The position numbers were made by a program, and so were the translations under genes. DNA of 64,000 nt from Escherichia phage Bp7: the sequence record NC_019500.1; one strand, 5' to 3'. The notes under the pieces were generated by a model. That model did not search any database. It was given only the letters and a program-made list of their open reading frames with translations, and was not told where the DNA came from. This document shows, in pieces, positions 9,433-19,102 of the stretch. Each line of letters starts with the position of its first letter. Position 1 is the first letter of the stretch.

Positions 9433-9461
9433 GTTTACATCTGCTTTAAACATGATACTAT
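9433..9461 (+). promoter_or_regulatory. T4-type early promoter, member of the near-identical cassette gtttacatctgctttaaacatgatactatagacctatcaa
   Basis: GTTTAC 9433-9438, TACTAT 9456-9461, 17-bp spacer. Confidence 0.6.
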
Positions 9462-9481
9462 AGACCTATCAAAACAACAGA

Positions 9482-9715
9482 GTGAAATGGAGATACAAAA
9501 TGAACAAGATGAAAAATACCCAAAACGCTACCGTCCGTTTCGGTAAAGTTAAACCTGGCATGAATGCTAAACGTAAAGAACTAGTTGAAAAACTAAATTG
9601 GTTGGAAGTAGAGATAAATTCCTTAGTAGTTCGCGGCTCTAATGGTCGTGAACTGGAAAAACTCCGTGAAGGAAAAGCTGCTTTAATCGCCGAGATTAAA
9701 GACCTATCAATCTAA
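9482..9715 (+). CDS. hypothetical small basic protein (start 9482, 9500 or 9509)
   Basis: 77-aa ORF downstream of early promoter. Confidence 0.4.
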   Translation: MKWRYKMNKMKNTQNATVRFGKVKPGMNAKRKELVEKLNWLEVEINSLVVRGSNGRELEKLREGKAALIAEIKDLSI

Positions 9716-9756
9716 GTAATTTTTACCAGAGCTCTTGAAAAAGAGCTCAAAATAAA

Positions 9757-9785
9757 GTTTACTTCTGCTTTAAACATGATACTAT
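9757..9785 (+). promoter_or_regulatory. T4-type early promoter (second copy of the cassette) preceded by hairpin gagctctt/aagagctc
   Basis: GTTTAC 9757-9762, TACTAT 9780-9785. Confidence 0.6.
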
Positions 9786-9820
9786 AGACCTATCAAATAA
9801 ATGGTTATCGGAGATACAAA

Positions 9821-10455
9821 ATGTCTAAAATTACTTATATCATCAAAGCTTCTGAAGACGCCCTGAATGAAAAAACGGCTTCGATCTTAGTACATATCAT
9901 CAAGCATAACTTCATCACTTCAGGCGAAGTCCGTGAAGCCCTGAGTGAGCAATTTAGTGCTGCGGTAGTTAACTCTAATATCGGTGTATTAATTAAGAAA
10001 GGATTCATCGAAAATCTGGTGACGGACTAGTGGCTACAGGTGAAGCAATGGACCTAGTTCAAAAAGCTGCTGACTTGTTCGCTTCTGAAAATGCTCCAGA
10101 GATGTTGGAAAAACGTAAAACGCGTAGTTCACGTGGTGTTACTCCTGAAATGGTAACACTGGCTGATGAAGTTAAAGCTTTATTAGAAGACCGTATCGAG
10201 ATTCGTGAAATTGCTGAAAACCGTAGCAACCTTGAAGTTCGATTCGCTAAACGTACCAACGGTATTCGTCAAATCGAAGTCCGTCGTGATGGAATGATGC
10301 GTATCTTCGGTTATAATATGACTGATAAAGAAAAACAAGTGTTTACTTCCTTGAATCTTGATGTTAAGATTAAGACTGGTGGTAAGAATACTTATATCGA
10401 CTTCCAAAACGTATCATCTGAAGTTATCAAAACCGTAACCAACGCAATTATCTGA
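9821..10455 (+). CDS. motA: MotA middle-transcription activator; reading frame needs a 1-nt correction at the A-run 10011-10014 (ORFs 9821..10030 and 10030..10455)
   Basis: N-terminal ORF MSKITYIIKASEDALNEKTASIL...NSNIGVLIKKGFIE and C-terminal ORF ...SENAPEMLEK...KRTNGIRQIEV...MRIFGYNM match T4 MotA domains; the +1 frame across the junction reads KSGDGLVATGEA, continuous with the T4-like sequence. Confidence 0.75.
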
Positions 10456-10469
10456 CTGAGGAAATTATT

Positions 10470-10799
10470 ATGAACAAGCTGAATATTGTTAATGAACTTC
10501 GTCGTTGTGCAGAACCTACTCAAGAAGGTTGGGACATTTGGTACCATGGCGCTTATCTTGGAACTATTGTCAAGGTTAAAGCAGGTAAATACTTAATCAT
10601 CCGTGGTGGTTCTGAAGCTTCTATGGGAATTCGCAAAAACTTTATGGCGGCAATCAGCACCTTTGTCCCAGCGGCTTATGAAGTCTATAAAGCGGACTAC
10701 AAAGAATACCAAGAATCACAACCGGTTATCCGTTCAATTGGTGTTAATAAAGCTCAACAGAAATCTTTATGGCAGCGTATTAAAGGATGGTTCAAATGA
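10470..10799 (+). CDS. hypothetical protein (109 aa)
   Basis: ORF with SD (tgaggaaatt) upstream; no recognised motif. Confidence 0.45.
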   Translation: MNKLNIVNELRRCAEPTQEGWDIWYHGAYLGTIVKVKAGKYLIIRGGSEASMGIRKNFMAAISTFVPAAYEVYKADYKEYQESQPVIRSIGVNKAQQKSLWQRIKGWFK

Positions 10800-11134
10800 T
10801 TCCGATGGAACTTAACTGGGACGGTGAAGGTCATTCCCTTAAATTGATTGAAGAACAACGTAATGATTGGGACGAGCGTGTAGCTTTGGTAAGCGGTATT
10901 AAGAAAATTTACCAACTCGATCTCCAGATTGATAACGTTTATCTTGAATTTGGTATGCAGTTATTACGATTTCTTGAGATTATTTTTATTGAAAAGGTAA
11001 ATATAACTTCGTATGGCGAGGGCCAAACAGTTAATATTAAATTATCATCCTATTATAAAGGTGATTTAATTGAAACTGCCACCAAAATTCAAGAATTTGC
11101 TAAAGATAACGGCCATAAGGTGATTTTCAAATGA
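10787..11134 (+). CDS. hypothetical protein (115 aa)
   Basis: overlaps preceding stop. Confidence 0.45.
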   Translation: MVQMIPMELNWDGEGHSLKLIEEQRNDWDERVALVSGIKKIYQLDLQIDNVYLEFGMQLLRFLEIIFIEKVNITSYGEGQTVNIKLSSYYKGDLIETATKIQEFAKDNGHKVIFK

Positions 11135-11619
11135 ATCTATTAAAAGGTAAAGCATTATCCTTTAAAGACCGTATGGCTTTATTAGATAAAGCTCTTTCTC
11201 GTGAGACGCCTGAAAGTCTAGCAGCTAAATTACGGGCATATGGTGATTACACCGAATATACAGAAGAGGATGTTTTAGAAGAGGTTCCTGAAATATGTTG
11301 GCAGATTGCTTATTGGAACAACAATGAAAAATATCAGCGCAGGATTGTGTGTGCAGCCAACCGCTTTAAGTTAAAAGACGGTGGGACTCTGGTTATTCCT
11401 GGTGCTCGTCATTATTCTAAAGATATGGCTGAAGTTCTCGACCAGGTAAGTGATAAACTTGTATCAGACCATGTTTGTGGTGATGACCAAGGATTTATTG
11501 ACCAATATTCAAACTATTGGACTCGCGAAGAAGCAATGATTATTGCGACTTATGCTAATCAAGTTCGTATTGAACGTGGCGGTAGTGAAAAAGAACTTTA
11601 CTCTGAGGACCTTTACTAA
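11131..11619 (+). CDS. hypothetical protein (162 aa)
   Basis: ATGA overlap with upstream ORF. Confidence 0.45.
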   Translation: MNLLKGKALSFKDRMALLDKALSRETPESLAAKLRAYGDYTEYTEEDVLEEVPEICWQIAYWNNNEKYQRRIVCAANRFKLKDGGTLVIPGARHYSKDMAEVLDQVSDKLVSDHVCGDDQGFIDQYSNYWTREEAMIIATYANQVRIERGGSEKELYSEDLY

Positions 11620-11900
11620 TGAATCTTAAACAACTCCAAATTGATGCAATCGAAGCCCATATTAATCATGTTAAACGACTGAATGTTATGGTGGAAGACA
11701 ACTGGGGAACTTATGTCAACCAGCCGGCTTGGGATGCCTTAGACCATGAATATATAAAGAATATTAGTTCTAAGACAATCCATGGTAATATGGAAGGGTT
11801 GAAGCCATTCCTACGTGATATGTATATTGCAACTAATAAAGAAATTATCAGCTCTCTTGAATATCAACTAAGGAAATTACGTGAACAATCTGGTAGCTAA
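11619..11900 (+). CDS. hypothetical protein (93 aa); position and size compatible with Arn, unverified
   Basis: sits between the motA-distal ORFs and asiA as arn does in T4. Confidence 0.4.
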   Translation: MNLKQLQIDAIEAHINHVKRLNVMVEDNWGTYVNQPAWDALDHEYIKNISSKTIHGNMEGLKPFLRDMYIATNKEIISSLEYQLRKLREQSGS

Positions 11901-11989
11901 GCACGATTTCAATAAGGCTTCTGTCCATAAGGATAAGAAGAAAAATCTTAAAGAGTCTAAACGTAAACAGAAACATAAGGGTAAAGGCT

Positions 11990-12148
11990 ATGAGTCATAA
12001 CTTAGAGAATACCGTAACAGGCATGCGTACACGTGAGCAGGAGTGCTTTGAGGAATTCCTGGGAGCTGATTTTAAGTTCCAGGAACCAATAGAAGAGATG
12101 TATCAGGAATATGTTAAAAAGAACGAAGAACATGTTTACAATCCCTAA
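11990..12148 (+). CDS. possible small acidic protein (52 aa)
   Basis: ATG 11990 after ggtaaagg SD-like sequence; 3' end overlaps the asiA promoter. Confidence 0.3.
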   Translation: MSHNLENTVTGMRTREQECFEEFLGADFKFQEPIEEMYQEYVKKNEEHVYNP

Positions 12149-12162
12149 GGATATGTTAGTAT
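12134..12162 (+). promoter_or_regulatory. T4-type early promoter for asiA (-35 GTTTAC, -10 TAGTAT)
   Basis: GTTTAC 12134-12139, TAGTAT 12157-12162. Confidence 0.55.
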
Positions 12163-12203
12163 AGCCCTATCAGATAATGACGTACTGAATTGAAGAGAAT
12201 ATT

Positions 12204-12479
12204 ATGACTAAAATTGAAATTGTTTCCGAAATTGCTACTATTGTTTCCATTTTGATTAAAACGGATTGTGAAGACATCATGCAACGTCGTGATGAGTTTA
12301 TTGCCTTTTTGAATGAGTTAGGTATTCGTAATGAACATGGAAAGGAACTTAATGGTTTGTCTTATAACAAATTATTTAAGTCATTAACTGAAGATGAACG
12401 TGATACTCTTATTGAGCAATTTAATGAAGGGTATGAAGATATACACCGCTATCTAATGATGTATACCTCCAATTTTTAA
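12204..12479 (+). CDS. asiA: AsiA anti-sigma-70 factor
   Basis: 91 aa; IVSILIK, FIAFLNE and C-terminal LIEQFNEGYEDIHRYLMMYT closely match remembered T4 AsiA. Confidence 0.8.
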   Translation: MTKIEIVSEIATIVSILIKTDCEDIMQRRDEFIAFLNELGIRNEHGKELNGLSYNKLFKSLTEDERDTLIEQFNEGYEDIHRYLMMYTSNF

Positions 12480-13129
12480 CGAGTTCGACCTAATGTCCTC
12501 CCGGCTTGACCACACATAGACGAAAGTCTAGGAAATCCTAAATCCGGTTTGACATCGTACCAGTACAACGATATCGAGCCGGAGTAGACGTTATCCAAAT
12601 TAAAAAACGGGCACGAAAACATATACGTGAATTGTGTTTTCTTCTTTGTAGGAAGGAACACAGTTTCGGTACTTGATTCAAAATAGTTCCCGTTAACTCC
12701 CGCCATATATTCTATTGACGTTTTGTCAATTGGAAACCCTCCCGTGTTTTTTGCGTCTACCGTTTCCGGTAATTTACCCTCATAAGCCACCATATCCACA
12801 AAATAATTCATGTTGGTCGGCCTAAAAGAATATATTGCTGTGAAGTCTGCACCTGAAGAAGAATGCACTATTCGGAGCTGCTCGATAGCCGCAATTTTAA
12901 ATCTATTGTCCTGGTCTTGTCTAATCATTTCAGTATAAGAGGCATAAGTAGTCTCTTTATAAAAGTTTAGAATATACTCGCCTTTATACCAAACCAATGC
13001 CATAAAGAACAATAATATTACGACTAGGACCCGGGAAAAAACTACTTTCCCGGAAGAAGTATCTTTAAAAATTCTATCAAGAAGTCCAAAAAGTAGGTCT
13101 GATAATGAAAATCCTACTTTTGGTTCCAT
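12476..13129 (-). CDS. t: holin T
   Basis: 217 aa; N-terminal LLFGLLDRIFKD, a single TM (VVILLFFMALVWY) and large periplasmic domain with YSFRP.N.NYFVD and SCPFFNLDN.Y.G.I..YWY as in T4 holin. Confidence 0.9.
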   Translation of the reverse strand: MEPKVGFSLSDLLFGLLDRIFKDTSSGKVVFSRVLVVILLFFMALVWYKGEYILNFYKETTYASYTEMIRQDQDNRFKIAAIEQLRIVHSSSGADFTAIYSFRPTNMNYFVDMVAYEGKLPETVDAKNTGGFPIDKTSIEYMAGVNGNYFESSTETVFLPTKKKTQFTYMFSCPFFNLDNVYSGSISLYWYDVKPDLGFPRLSSMCGQAGRTLGRTR

Positions 13130-13147
13130 ACTTTTCTCCTTTAAAGA

Positions 13148-13155
13148 TATTTATA
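13148..13155 (-). promoter_or_regulatory. T4 late promoter TATAAATA upstream of holin t
   Basis: plus-strand tatttata = minus-strand TATAAATA, about 20 nt upstream of t start. Confidence 0.5.
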
Positions 13156-13157
13156 AT

Positions 13158-13949
13158 TTAATACTTTCGTATTATAACCAAGAGCCATAGATAGCGCCTG
13201 TAGCGCCCCACGTTGGAGACTTCCGAATACCGCTCTACCAGGAGCACCACCGCCAGATCTAGATAAGTGATTATCCCATCCTCTCCGCCCCGACCTCCAG
13301 CATCACCGCCATTGCCTCCGCCGAATTGGGAAGTGTAACCGGCACCACCCGGGGCGTCATAACTAGCATTACCACCCGGCCAATTAACGCCGCCTCCACC
13401 GATGCCAAATGGTCTACCACCACCGCCACCTGCTGTAGCATTTGGCGCCCAGCTATTCTGTAATGACACTGCACCACCACCGCCGCCGCCTGATGCAATA
13501 ACGCCATAGTTCCAAATACGAAGTCTTCCGCCGATATCATTTTGGATTACATCGCCGCCATTTGTGCCAGGGTTTCCGTTTACAGTACCGTTACCACCTC
13601 GTCCCCACATATGAACTCCACCATGAATATTCAAAGTAACATATTCGTTAGGGGTATCACCGTACATAAAGAACAATGGAACATCTTTAGTATATGATAC
13701 TAAGTTGCCTGTGATATTAAACACTATAGGAGCACCACCAGCTTCAAAACAACGGTCTCTAAACCACTGCCCGTTAAAGTTATGGTCTGCTCCGAGCGTG
13801 TGAATAATCTCACGAGACCGACCTGCAAATTGAGACATCCAAGATGGGTTACCAAGACGCAATTCTCTAGAAGCGGCCGTCATCCAACGTTGACCTGTTT
13901 CAGCCACTGCTGATGTTCCAATCCAACCAGGAATTCCTACTACTGCCAT
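13158..13949 (-). CDS. 38: tail-fibre adhesin gp38 (T2-type, glycine-rich motifs)
   Basis: 263 aa directly after gene 37; several poly-Gly segments ([22 protein letters not shown]) separated by variable stretches, as in T2/Ox2-type gp38. Confidence 0.75.
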   Translation of the reverse strand: MAVVGIPGWIGTSAVAETGQRWMTAASRELRLGNPSWMSQFAGRSREIIHTLGADHNFNGQWFRDRCFEAGGAPIVFNITGNLVSYTKDVPLFFMYGDTPNEYVTLNIHGGVHMWGRGGNGTVNGNPGTNGGDVIQNDIGGRLRIWNYGVIASGGGGGGAVSLQNSWAPNATAGGGGGRPFGIGGGGVNWPGGNASYDAPGGAGYTSQFGGGNGGDAGGRGGEDGIITYLDLAVVLLVERYSEVSNVGRYRRYLWLLVIIRKY

Positions 13950-13978
13950 AAAAACCTCCAGGGCCCGAAGGCCCTTTC

Positions 13979-16900
13979 TTATAATAATGATTTAATTAAT
14001 GCTTTCAATTCAGCAATTTCAGATTTCAATTCCTTGATTTCGTCAGTATGCTCATTGATAGTAGCAGTATTTAAACCGATAATACCGTTATAGTTTAAAC
14101 GAAGTAAGCCAGTCTCTTTATCTTCGGTCACAAGTTCAGGCAATACTTCTTGAACTTCCTGAGCAATTAAACCTGCTGACGGTTTAACTTCGTCAGTAAC
14201 AGAGTTTTTAAGCAGATAAGTATAACCACCTAAGAGTTTGGATTTCTCTTGAGCGTTATCAATAAGCTTAATTTCAGACTTACAACGAATATCAGAACGA
14301 ATATAAACGTCGTTAACATCAATGTTATCACGAACATACATACCAGCGTTAACGTTAAGGGCCACGTCGCCAAATGTCTGGGCAAGTCCGGCTCGAATAC
14401 TGAATACACCTTGGCCATTAGCATACATGTTGTATATACCATCGGATTCCCAGACCAATCCAGTGTCAGCGTCACCAATTGCTATGCATGGCCCAGTCCA
14501 GGCGGGTTCAACACCTACGCCAATACCCGCCCAACCCGAAACAATTCTTCCCGGGGAAGTAAACTGCCCGTTGGCCAAAAATTGATAAATCGCCGCAGGA
14601 TGACCACTTTCCGGGGTATTTTCTGATGAACGGACAATTATACAACCAGTACCCCAGTCAGCATTACCACTGCGTAACGAGCCTAGTTCTACGCTTGTGT
14701 GATATCCATGCCCTGCTGAAGAACTTCGTCCTTTAATAATAGGATAGTACACGTTCCCGTTTAATTCGCCGTGTTCTACAAATATAGGGGCTTCAAGGCC
14801 ATACTGTGGATTAATAGCCCCAGCGTTTTGAGAGACCCATCTAGTAGCATTAACGTACATGCGGTTTTGGCTCATATTAACCAAACCAAACCCGCCCGGG
14901 CTAAATCCGATTGTCCTGTTATCTGATAAATCAATACCGGTAGTTGTTTTGTAGTTATAAAAAGATACTGAACCGCTTTCACCACCTTTACCAACAAACC
15001 AACTATTAGCACCACCAACTTCTGAACGAATATGCGAACTATTAGTGGCATTAGGTGCTCTAATTACTAAAGCATCATCGGCCGCAGCAATAGTCAGCTT
15101 ACCGGTCATCGTGTCACCTTCTTTAGAAACACGAGTAGCTATTGCATCACGAATGTTAGTTATATTACCTGCACCATTAAATCCGTTCCAAATGTCAGAG
15201 AAAATATTACCATTTCCAGCAATAATAGCTTTGCCGCCGCCGACCTCCACGTGTTCCGGGAAGTTAACTGTACCGTCAGCATTAAATCTTGAGGTATGAC
15301 CTCCGGTCCCGTCTTCTTTTAAATGATGTAAAACAAAAGTACCAGATTCTATTTCAGTACCTAAAGACCAAACTGCTTTTCCTTGTAAGAATTTCTGCTT
15401 GACAATAGGATAATATTTACTTACTGCGTCATCATCGATTTCCTGGAAAATAGGAGCTGCTTGAACATATTGAATATCATATCCACCGGCACCGGCGCCG
15501 TGACCAGTAAATTTAATATACCCGTTTGCTGCGAACGTATTGTAACTTGATTGTAAATCTGGAATAGTAACTTTACCAGTATCTAAAGCCAAACTAAATG
15601 GACGAAGTGGTCCGATATCACCAGTTTTACCTTCGCCAAAGGCGGTAGGAATAATATGAAGACTTCCTTCCGAACGGCGGAAAATGGCACCGTAGTCGTC
15701 GTTCCAAATTCTAAGGGCATTGACAGCATTACCAGCAATAGTACCGGATACGTTAACTTCTTCACCTACATTTATGCTTTCGTTTACACCTAAGGTGCCG
15801 TTTAAATGGCTTTGAATAGCACCTGAAGTCAGACGTTGATAATATTGAATCCAACTAGTGGCATCAGATATTTCCATTACGTTTTTGCGGTCACCTGCGA
15901 CATTAGTAAACGTATTACCCCATACAGAAATTGTCATATTATCAACTGAACTGCTACCAGTTGTGTTACCTCTAAACATCAGCGTAGAAGCATTATTTCG
16001 ACCATCAATATTAACCGAACCACCAACAACATCAATATTACCAGGAGTAACTAACAAACCGCCGTGAGTATTAACGTTTGTAGTACCTTTACCACGGAAA
16101 TAGTGGTGATAATTACCGCCTTGATAATAACCTAAAAGAGTTTGTCCGTCACCTACCGCGTTATTATCATGATAAGTGACAACTGTCGCCAAAGCATAGT
16201 TTTCCGACGGAGGAGTGGTTAAATCGGTACCGTTTACAGAATAACCCATAACCATTTTTCTAAGACTGGTGGTTTCTGCCGGGCCGCTCAGGAAAGTTCT
16301 TGTGCCGTTGTTTACACTAAAGAAATAACCATCTTGGTGCCATTGTAAGCCGGTATCATTATCACCAAGAGCAATTGAAGCCGTTCCTAATTCAGAATAT
16401 CCTTTAGAGCCACCTGGAAGACCTACAGAAATAGAATGACCTGCTTTCAATCCGCCCGACCATGTAAATGACCAAAGATAGGCGTCTAATCCATCTCCAG
16501 CATACCAGGTTATTCCATCATTATCTTTAACTTCATGGAAAATGCCCGAACCAACTGCATTTCGCATAACACGGAGATGGTTAATAGCTGTTTCACTTTC
16601 TGCCAATGGGGTATTATCGGCCAATGAATAGATATCATAATCTCCTGCAACTTTACCGTTGGTAATAACTTTATTGGTATAAATTACCGGAGTTGATACA
16701 GATTTCCATCCAAAAACTTCAGGAGAAGAAAACACACCATTGCCTGAAAACGCATAAGTGCTTTCGCCACTTGTCGCATAATCTTGTACGCGAATATTAA
16801 CTACCTGAGTGGTCGCTCCAGCATTATTTGGCGAAAAGATAATGCCACGTTCGCGGTTATTGCCATCGAAAAAACGAACATGTGATGTACTTGAACTTTT

Positions 16901-17239
16901 TGTAATAAGTTCTCCACCCTCAGTCATAATCTGCCCGGCGGCAATAATGTCACGAGTTACACGAGCAATACCGGTTAAATTAAAATCACCGGTTTGGGTA
17001 AAGGTACCATTTAGGGTGTAATCGCCTGTCTGGTTATAGTTACCGTTATGAATAACATTGCCGTCAATATTACCACCTTTAGCAAAGCCAAGGTCGATAA
17101 TCGCTCCGGTATCGTCTTTAGTAAAAAGTAATCGGTCCTTTAAGTTAATAGCCAGTTCGCCTTCAGCCAACTGTGCCGGTGTCGGACGTACACCGGCTAC
17201 TTTACTTCTTTTAAATTGGATTTGCTTTAAAGTAGCCAT
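13979..17239 (-). CDS. 37: long tail fibre distal subunit gp37
   Basis: 1086 aa, position after gene 36, Gly/Asn/Thr-rich beta-structure composition. Confidence 0.85.
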   Translation of the reverse strand: MATLKQIQFKRSKVAGVRPTPAQLAEGELAINLKDRLLFTKDDTGAIIDLGFAKGGNIDGNVIHNGNYNQTGDYTLNGTFTQTGDFNLTGIARVTRDIIAAGQIMTEGGELITKSSSTSHVRFFDGNNRERGIIFSPNNAGATTQVVNIRVQDYATSGESTYAFSGNGVFSSPEVFGWKSVSTPVIYTNKVITNGKVAGDYDIYSLADNTPLAESETAINHLRVMRNAVGSGIFHEVKDNDGITWYAGDGLDAYLWSFTWSGGLKAGHSISVGLPGGSKGYSELGTASIALGDNDTGLQWHQDGYFFSVNNGTRTFLSGPAETTSLRKMVMGYSVNGTDLTTPPSENYALATVVTYHDNNAVGDGQTLLGYYQGGNYHHYFRGKGTTNVNTHGGLLVTPGNIDVVGGSVNIDGRNNASTLMFRGNTTGSSSVDNMTISVWGNTFTNVAGDRKNVMEISDATSWIQYYQRLTSGAIQSHLNGTLGVNESINVGEEVNVSGTIAGNAVNALRIWNDDYGAIFRRSEGSLHIIPTAFGEGKTGDIGPLRPFSLALDTGKVTIPDLQSSYNTFAANGYIKFTGHGAGAGGYDIQYVQAAPIFQEIDDDAVSKYYPIVKQKFLQGKAVWSLGTEIESGTFVLHHLKEDGTGGHTSRFNADGTVNFPEHVEVGGGKAIIAGNGNIFSDIWNGFNGAGNITNIRDAIATRVSKEGDTMTGKLTIAAADDALVIRAPNATNSSHIRSEVGGANSWFVGKGGESGSVSFYNYKTTTGIDLSDNRTIGFSPGGFGLVNMSQNRMYVNATRWVSQNAGAINPQYGLEAPIFVEHGELNGNVYYPIIKGRSSSAGHGYHTSVELGSLRSGNADWGTGCIIVRSSENTPESGHPAAIYQFLANGQFTSPGRIVSGWAGIGVGVEPAWTGPCIAIGDADTGLVWESDGIYNMYANGQGVFSIRAGLAQTFGDVALNVNAGMYVRDNIDVNDVYIRSDIRCKSEIKLIDNAQEKSKLLGGYTYLLKNSVTDEVKPSAGLIAQEVQEVLPELVTEDKETGLLRLNYNGIIGLNTATINEHTDEIKELKSEIAELKALIKSLL

Positions 17240-17247
17240 AATGCCTC

Positions 17248-17895
17248 TTAATAATAACCAAAATCTTGAATAGAATCTTTAATAACAATCTGGTCAAAAC
17301 GAGGAACGTGTCCTGCGTCAGAGGCCGGATTCAGCGAAATAAAGTTAGGAGCAGCAAGTACTCCGGTCATTGTTTGCATGTTAGTATTATTTATTTGGAC
17401 CTGTTTTGCGTTATCTACTAACGATAATCCTACTTGAGCTTTAGTAGGGGTGTTGCCTGGGCTGAATACACGACCTGATTCGTCATAAACTTGACGGAAT
17501 AATGAATCACCCATTACTGTAAGGCGTTTAGCACCTACTACTGTACTTGGGTTGAATATTATGAACGGAGTAGCGTCTTCCGTTTCATATCCAAAAGCGC
17601 CTTTAATACGGAAAGAAGCCGTGAACGGTGCTCCGCCAGTTCTTGCTCCTAATTTAATACCGTATCCATTAGTATCATTAAAGGTCAGCCCTTTTTCAAA
17701 ATACACGTTATTCTTATAATTACCACCATTTGCTTTTGAAACAAAGTCGTTATCAGTGGCTTGTGGTTTATTATATTCTGTGTAAACTTTATATGTTTTG
17801 TAAAGAAGGTCATTTGATACAGGCGTTAAGGGGAAATTACCTTGGTGCCATAATACTGAACCTCCTGCTGTAGAACCTAATTTTAAATCTGCCAT
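17248..17895 (-). CDS. 36: long tail fibre distal-half connector gp36
   Basis: 215 aa between 35 and 37. Confidence 0.8.
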   Translation of the reverse strand: MADLKLGSTAGGSVLWHQGNFPLTPVSNDLLYKTYKVYTEYNKPQATDNDFVSKANGGNYKNNVYFEKGLTFNDTNGYGIKLGARTGGAPFTASFRIKGAFGYETEDATPFIIFNPSTVVGAKRLTVMGDSLFRQVYDESGRVFSPGNTPTKAQVGLSLVDNAKQVQINNTNMQTMTGVLAAPNFISLNPASDAGHVPRFDQIVIKDSIQDFGYY

Positions 17896-17947
17896 TTGAG
17901 TTTCCTTTGGGAGTTATAGCCTTTTATATATTTATGGCTGTAAAAAC

Positions 17948-17969
17948 GAAAAAGGAACCCGAAGGTTCC
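17948..17969 (-). terminator. hairpin terminator directly after gene 35 stop (GGAACC-UUCG-GGUUCC then U-run on minus strand)
   Basis: plus-strand aaaaaggaacccgaaggttcc; on the minus strand the stem is followed by TTTTT. Confidence 0.5.
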
Positions 17970-19091
17970 TTAATATTTTTCTCTAAATTCGGCGACCCAA
18001 ACCTGACCAGGTTTAGTGCCTGTTTTATCATATAGCTGGGCTATGGTAGTACCCATATTTTTAGTTTCTGTACCAAAGTTCATACGAATACCGTTAACAC
18101 CAAATTCAGCAGGTTTTGGCTGAGGTTCTGATTCAGATATCTCACCGAACATAACATTTCGAACTCCGCCTTGGCCAGCCGAAGCTGTTTTTCTGGCATA
18201 AAGGGTAAAGTCTGTAGTACCTTCAGGAACCATTACTACCCGTTCAAATGTCATCCATGCACCAGCAGGAACATTGGAAGGAACTTCCATATTAACTGTC
18301 CCGGTTAAAGCACCTGAGGCATTAAAAAATCTAACAGACATCTGAGAGGTCCCGACGTCTTTTAAAGCTTGGTCACACATTAATTGAAACTTAAGGTAAA
18401 AGAATTCACCTGGCTTCATGTTATAATCTGTTAATGGGGTGGTAGGAGATTCGGTAGGAAATCGCTTAATTTCATCTCCCTCATTGCTTAGATAAGTGCT
18501 TTCGTCTTCAACAATTCTGACAGGATATCCTGTACCGCCAACGTCGCTGATATCATCAAATACCACTTCTAATGGAGTAGAAACATCTTCGACCAATACC
18601 CCATCATTATAAAGCACATGTTCCATTACTATAGCATTCCTTCCTGAAACATAAAATGCAGAATAAGATGGCTCAAACCGGTCTATTAACCATTTAGTCG
18701 GGAATGCGGTACTTCCTGCTGCACGGAACCAATCGATAAGTTTTTGTGAAGCATTTAATCTACCAGAAGATACTAAACAAACTATTCTATTGGCCGGTAT
18801 AGAATTTATATACATTATAAAAGCTTCAGAAATAACATCAAAATCTTTTGTAAAACTATAAGTTTTGTTAGCCACTATTTTAGGTTCAGCACTAACATCA
18901 ATTTCTATAAGGTTTAATCCATTTTGAAAATTCTGGGAACCGAAGTTCCCATCTTGAAATTTAACATATGCTTTTGTGGTAGACTTAGTACAACTACCCG
19001 CTATACTAAGTTTATACCTTACAGCATTGTTTTCAGATAATGTAGGAACCTGGACATATCCTTGTCCAAATTCTGCCATAAATCTTTCCAT
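17970..19091 (-). CDS. 35: long tail fibre hinge protein gp35
   Basis: 373 aa (T4 gp35 is 372 aa) between 34 and 36. Confidence 0.8.
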   Translation of the reverse strand: MERFMAEFGQGYVQVPTLSENNAVRYKLSIAGSCTKSTTKAYVKFQDGNFGSQNFQNGLNLIEIDVSAEPKIVANKTYSFTKDFDVISEAFIMYINSIPANRIVCLVSSGRLNASQKLIDWFRAAGSTAFPTKWLIDRFEPSYSAFYVSGRNAIVMEHVLYNDGVLVEDVSTPLEVVFDDISDVGGTGYPVRIVEDESTYLSNEGDEIKRFPTESPTTPLTDYNMKPGEFFYLKFQLMCDQALKDVGTSQMSVRFFNASGALTGTVNMEVPSNVPAGAWMTFERVVMVPEGTTDFTLYARKTASAGQGGVRNVMFGEISESEPQPKPAEFGVNGIRMNFGTETKNMGTTIAQLYDKTGTKPGQVWVAEFREKY

Positions 19092-19102
19092 AATACCTCC
19101 TC

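Noticed and set aside
11881-12000. Lysine-rich 40-aa frame starting at a GTG inside the 3' end of ORF 11619..11900
   Set aside because: Start codon is internal to the upstream gene with no SD; likely a by-product of A-rich sequence.
13271-13540. Antisense or overlapping ORFs inside large genes (for example 13271..13540, 14249..14626, 15045..15299, 20283..20486, 54904..55605, 62746..63141)
   Set aside because: They lie fully within well-supported long genes on the same or opposite strand, lack start contexts, and have low-complexity composition mirroring the host gene; treated as spurious.
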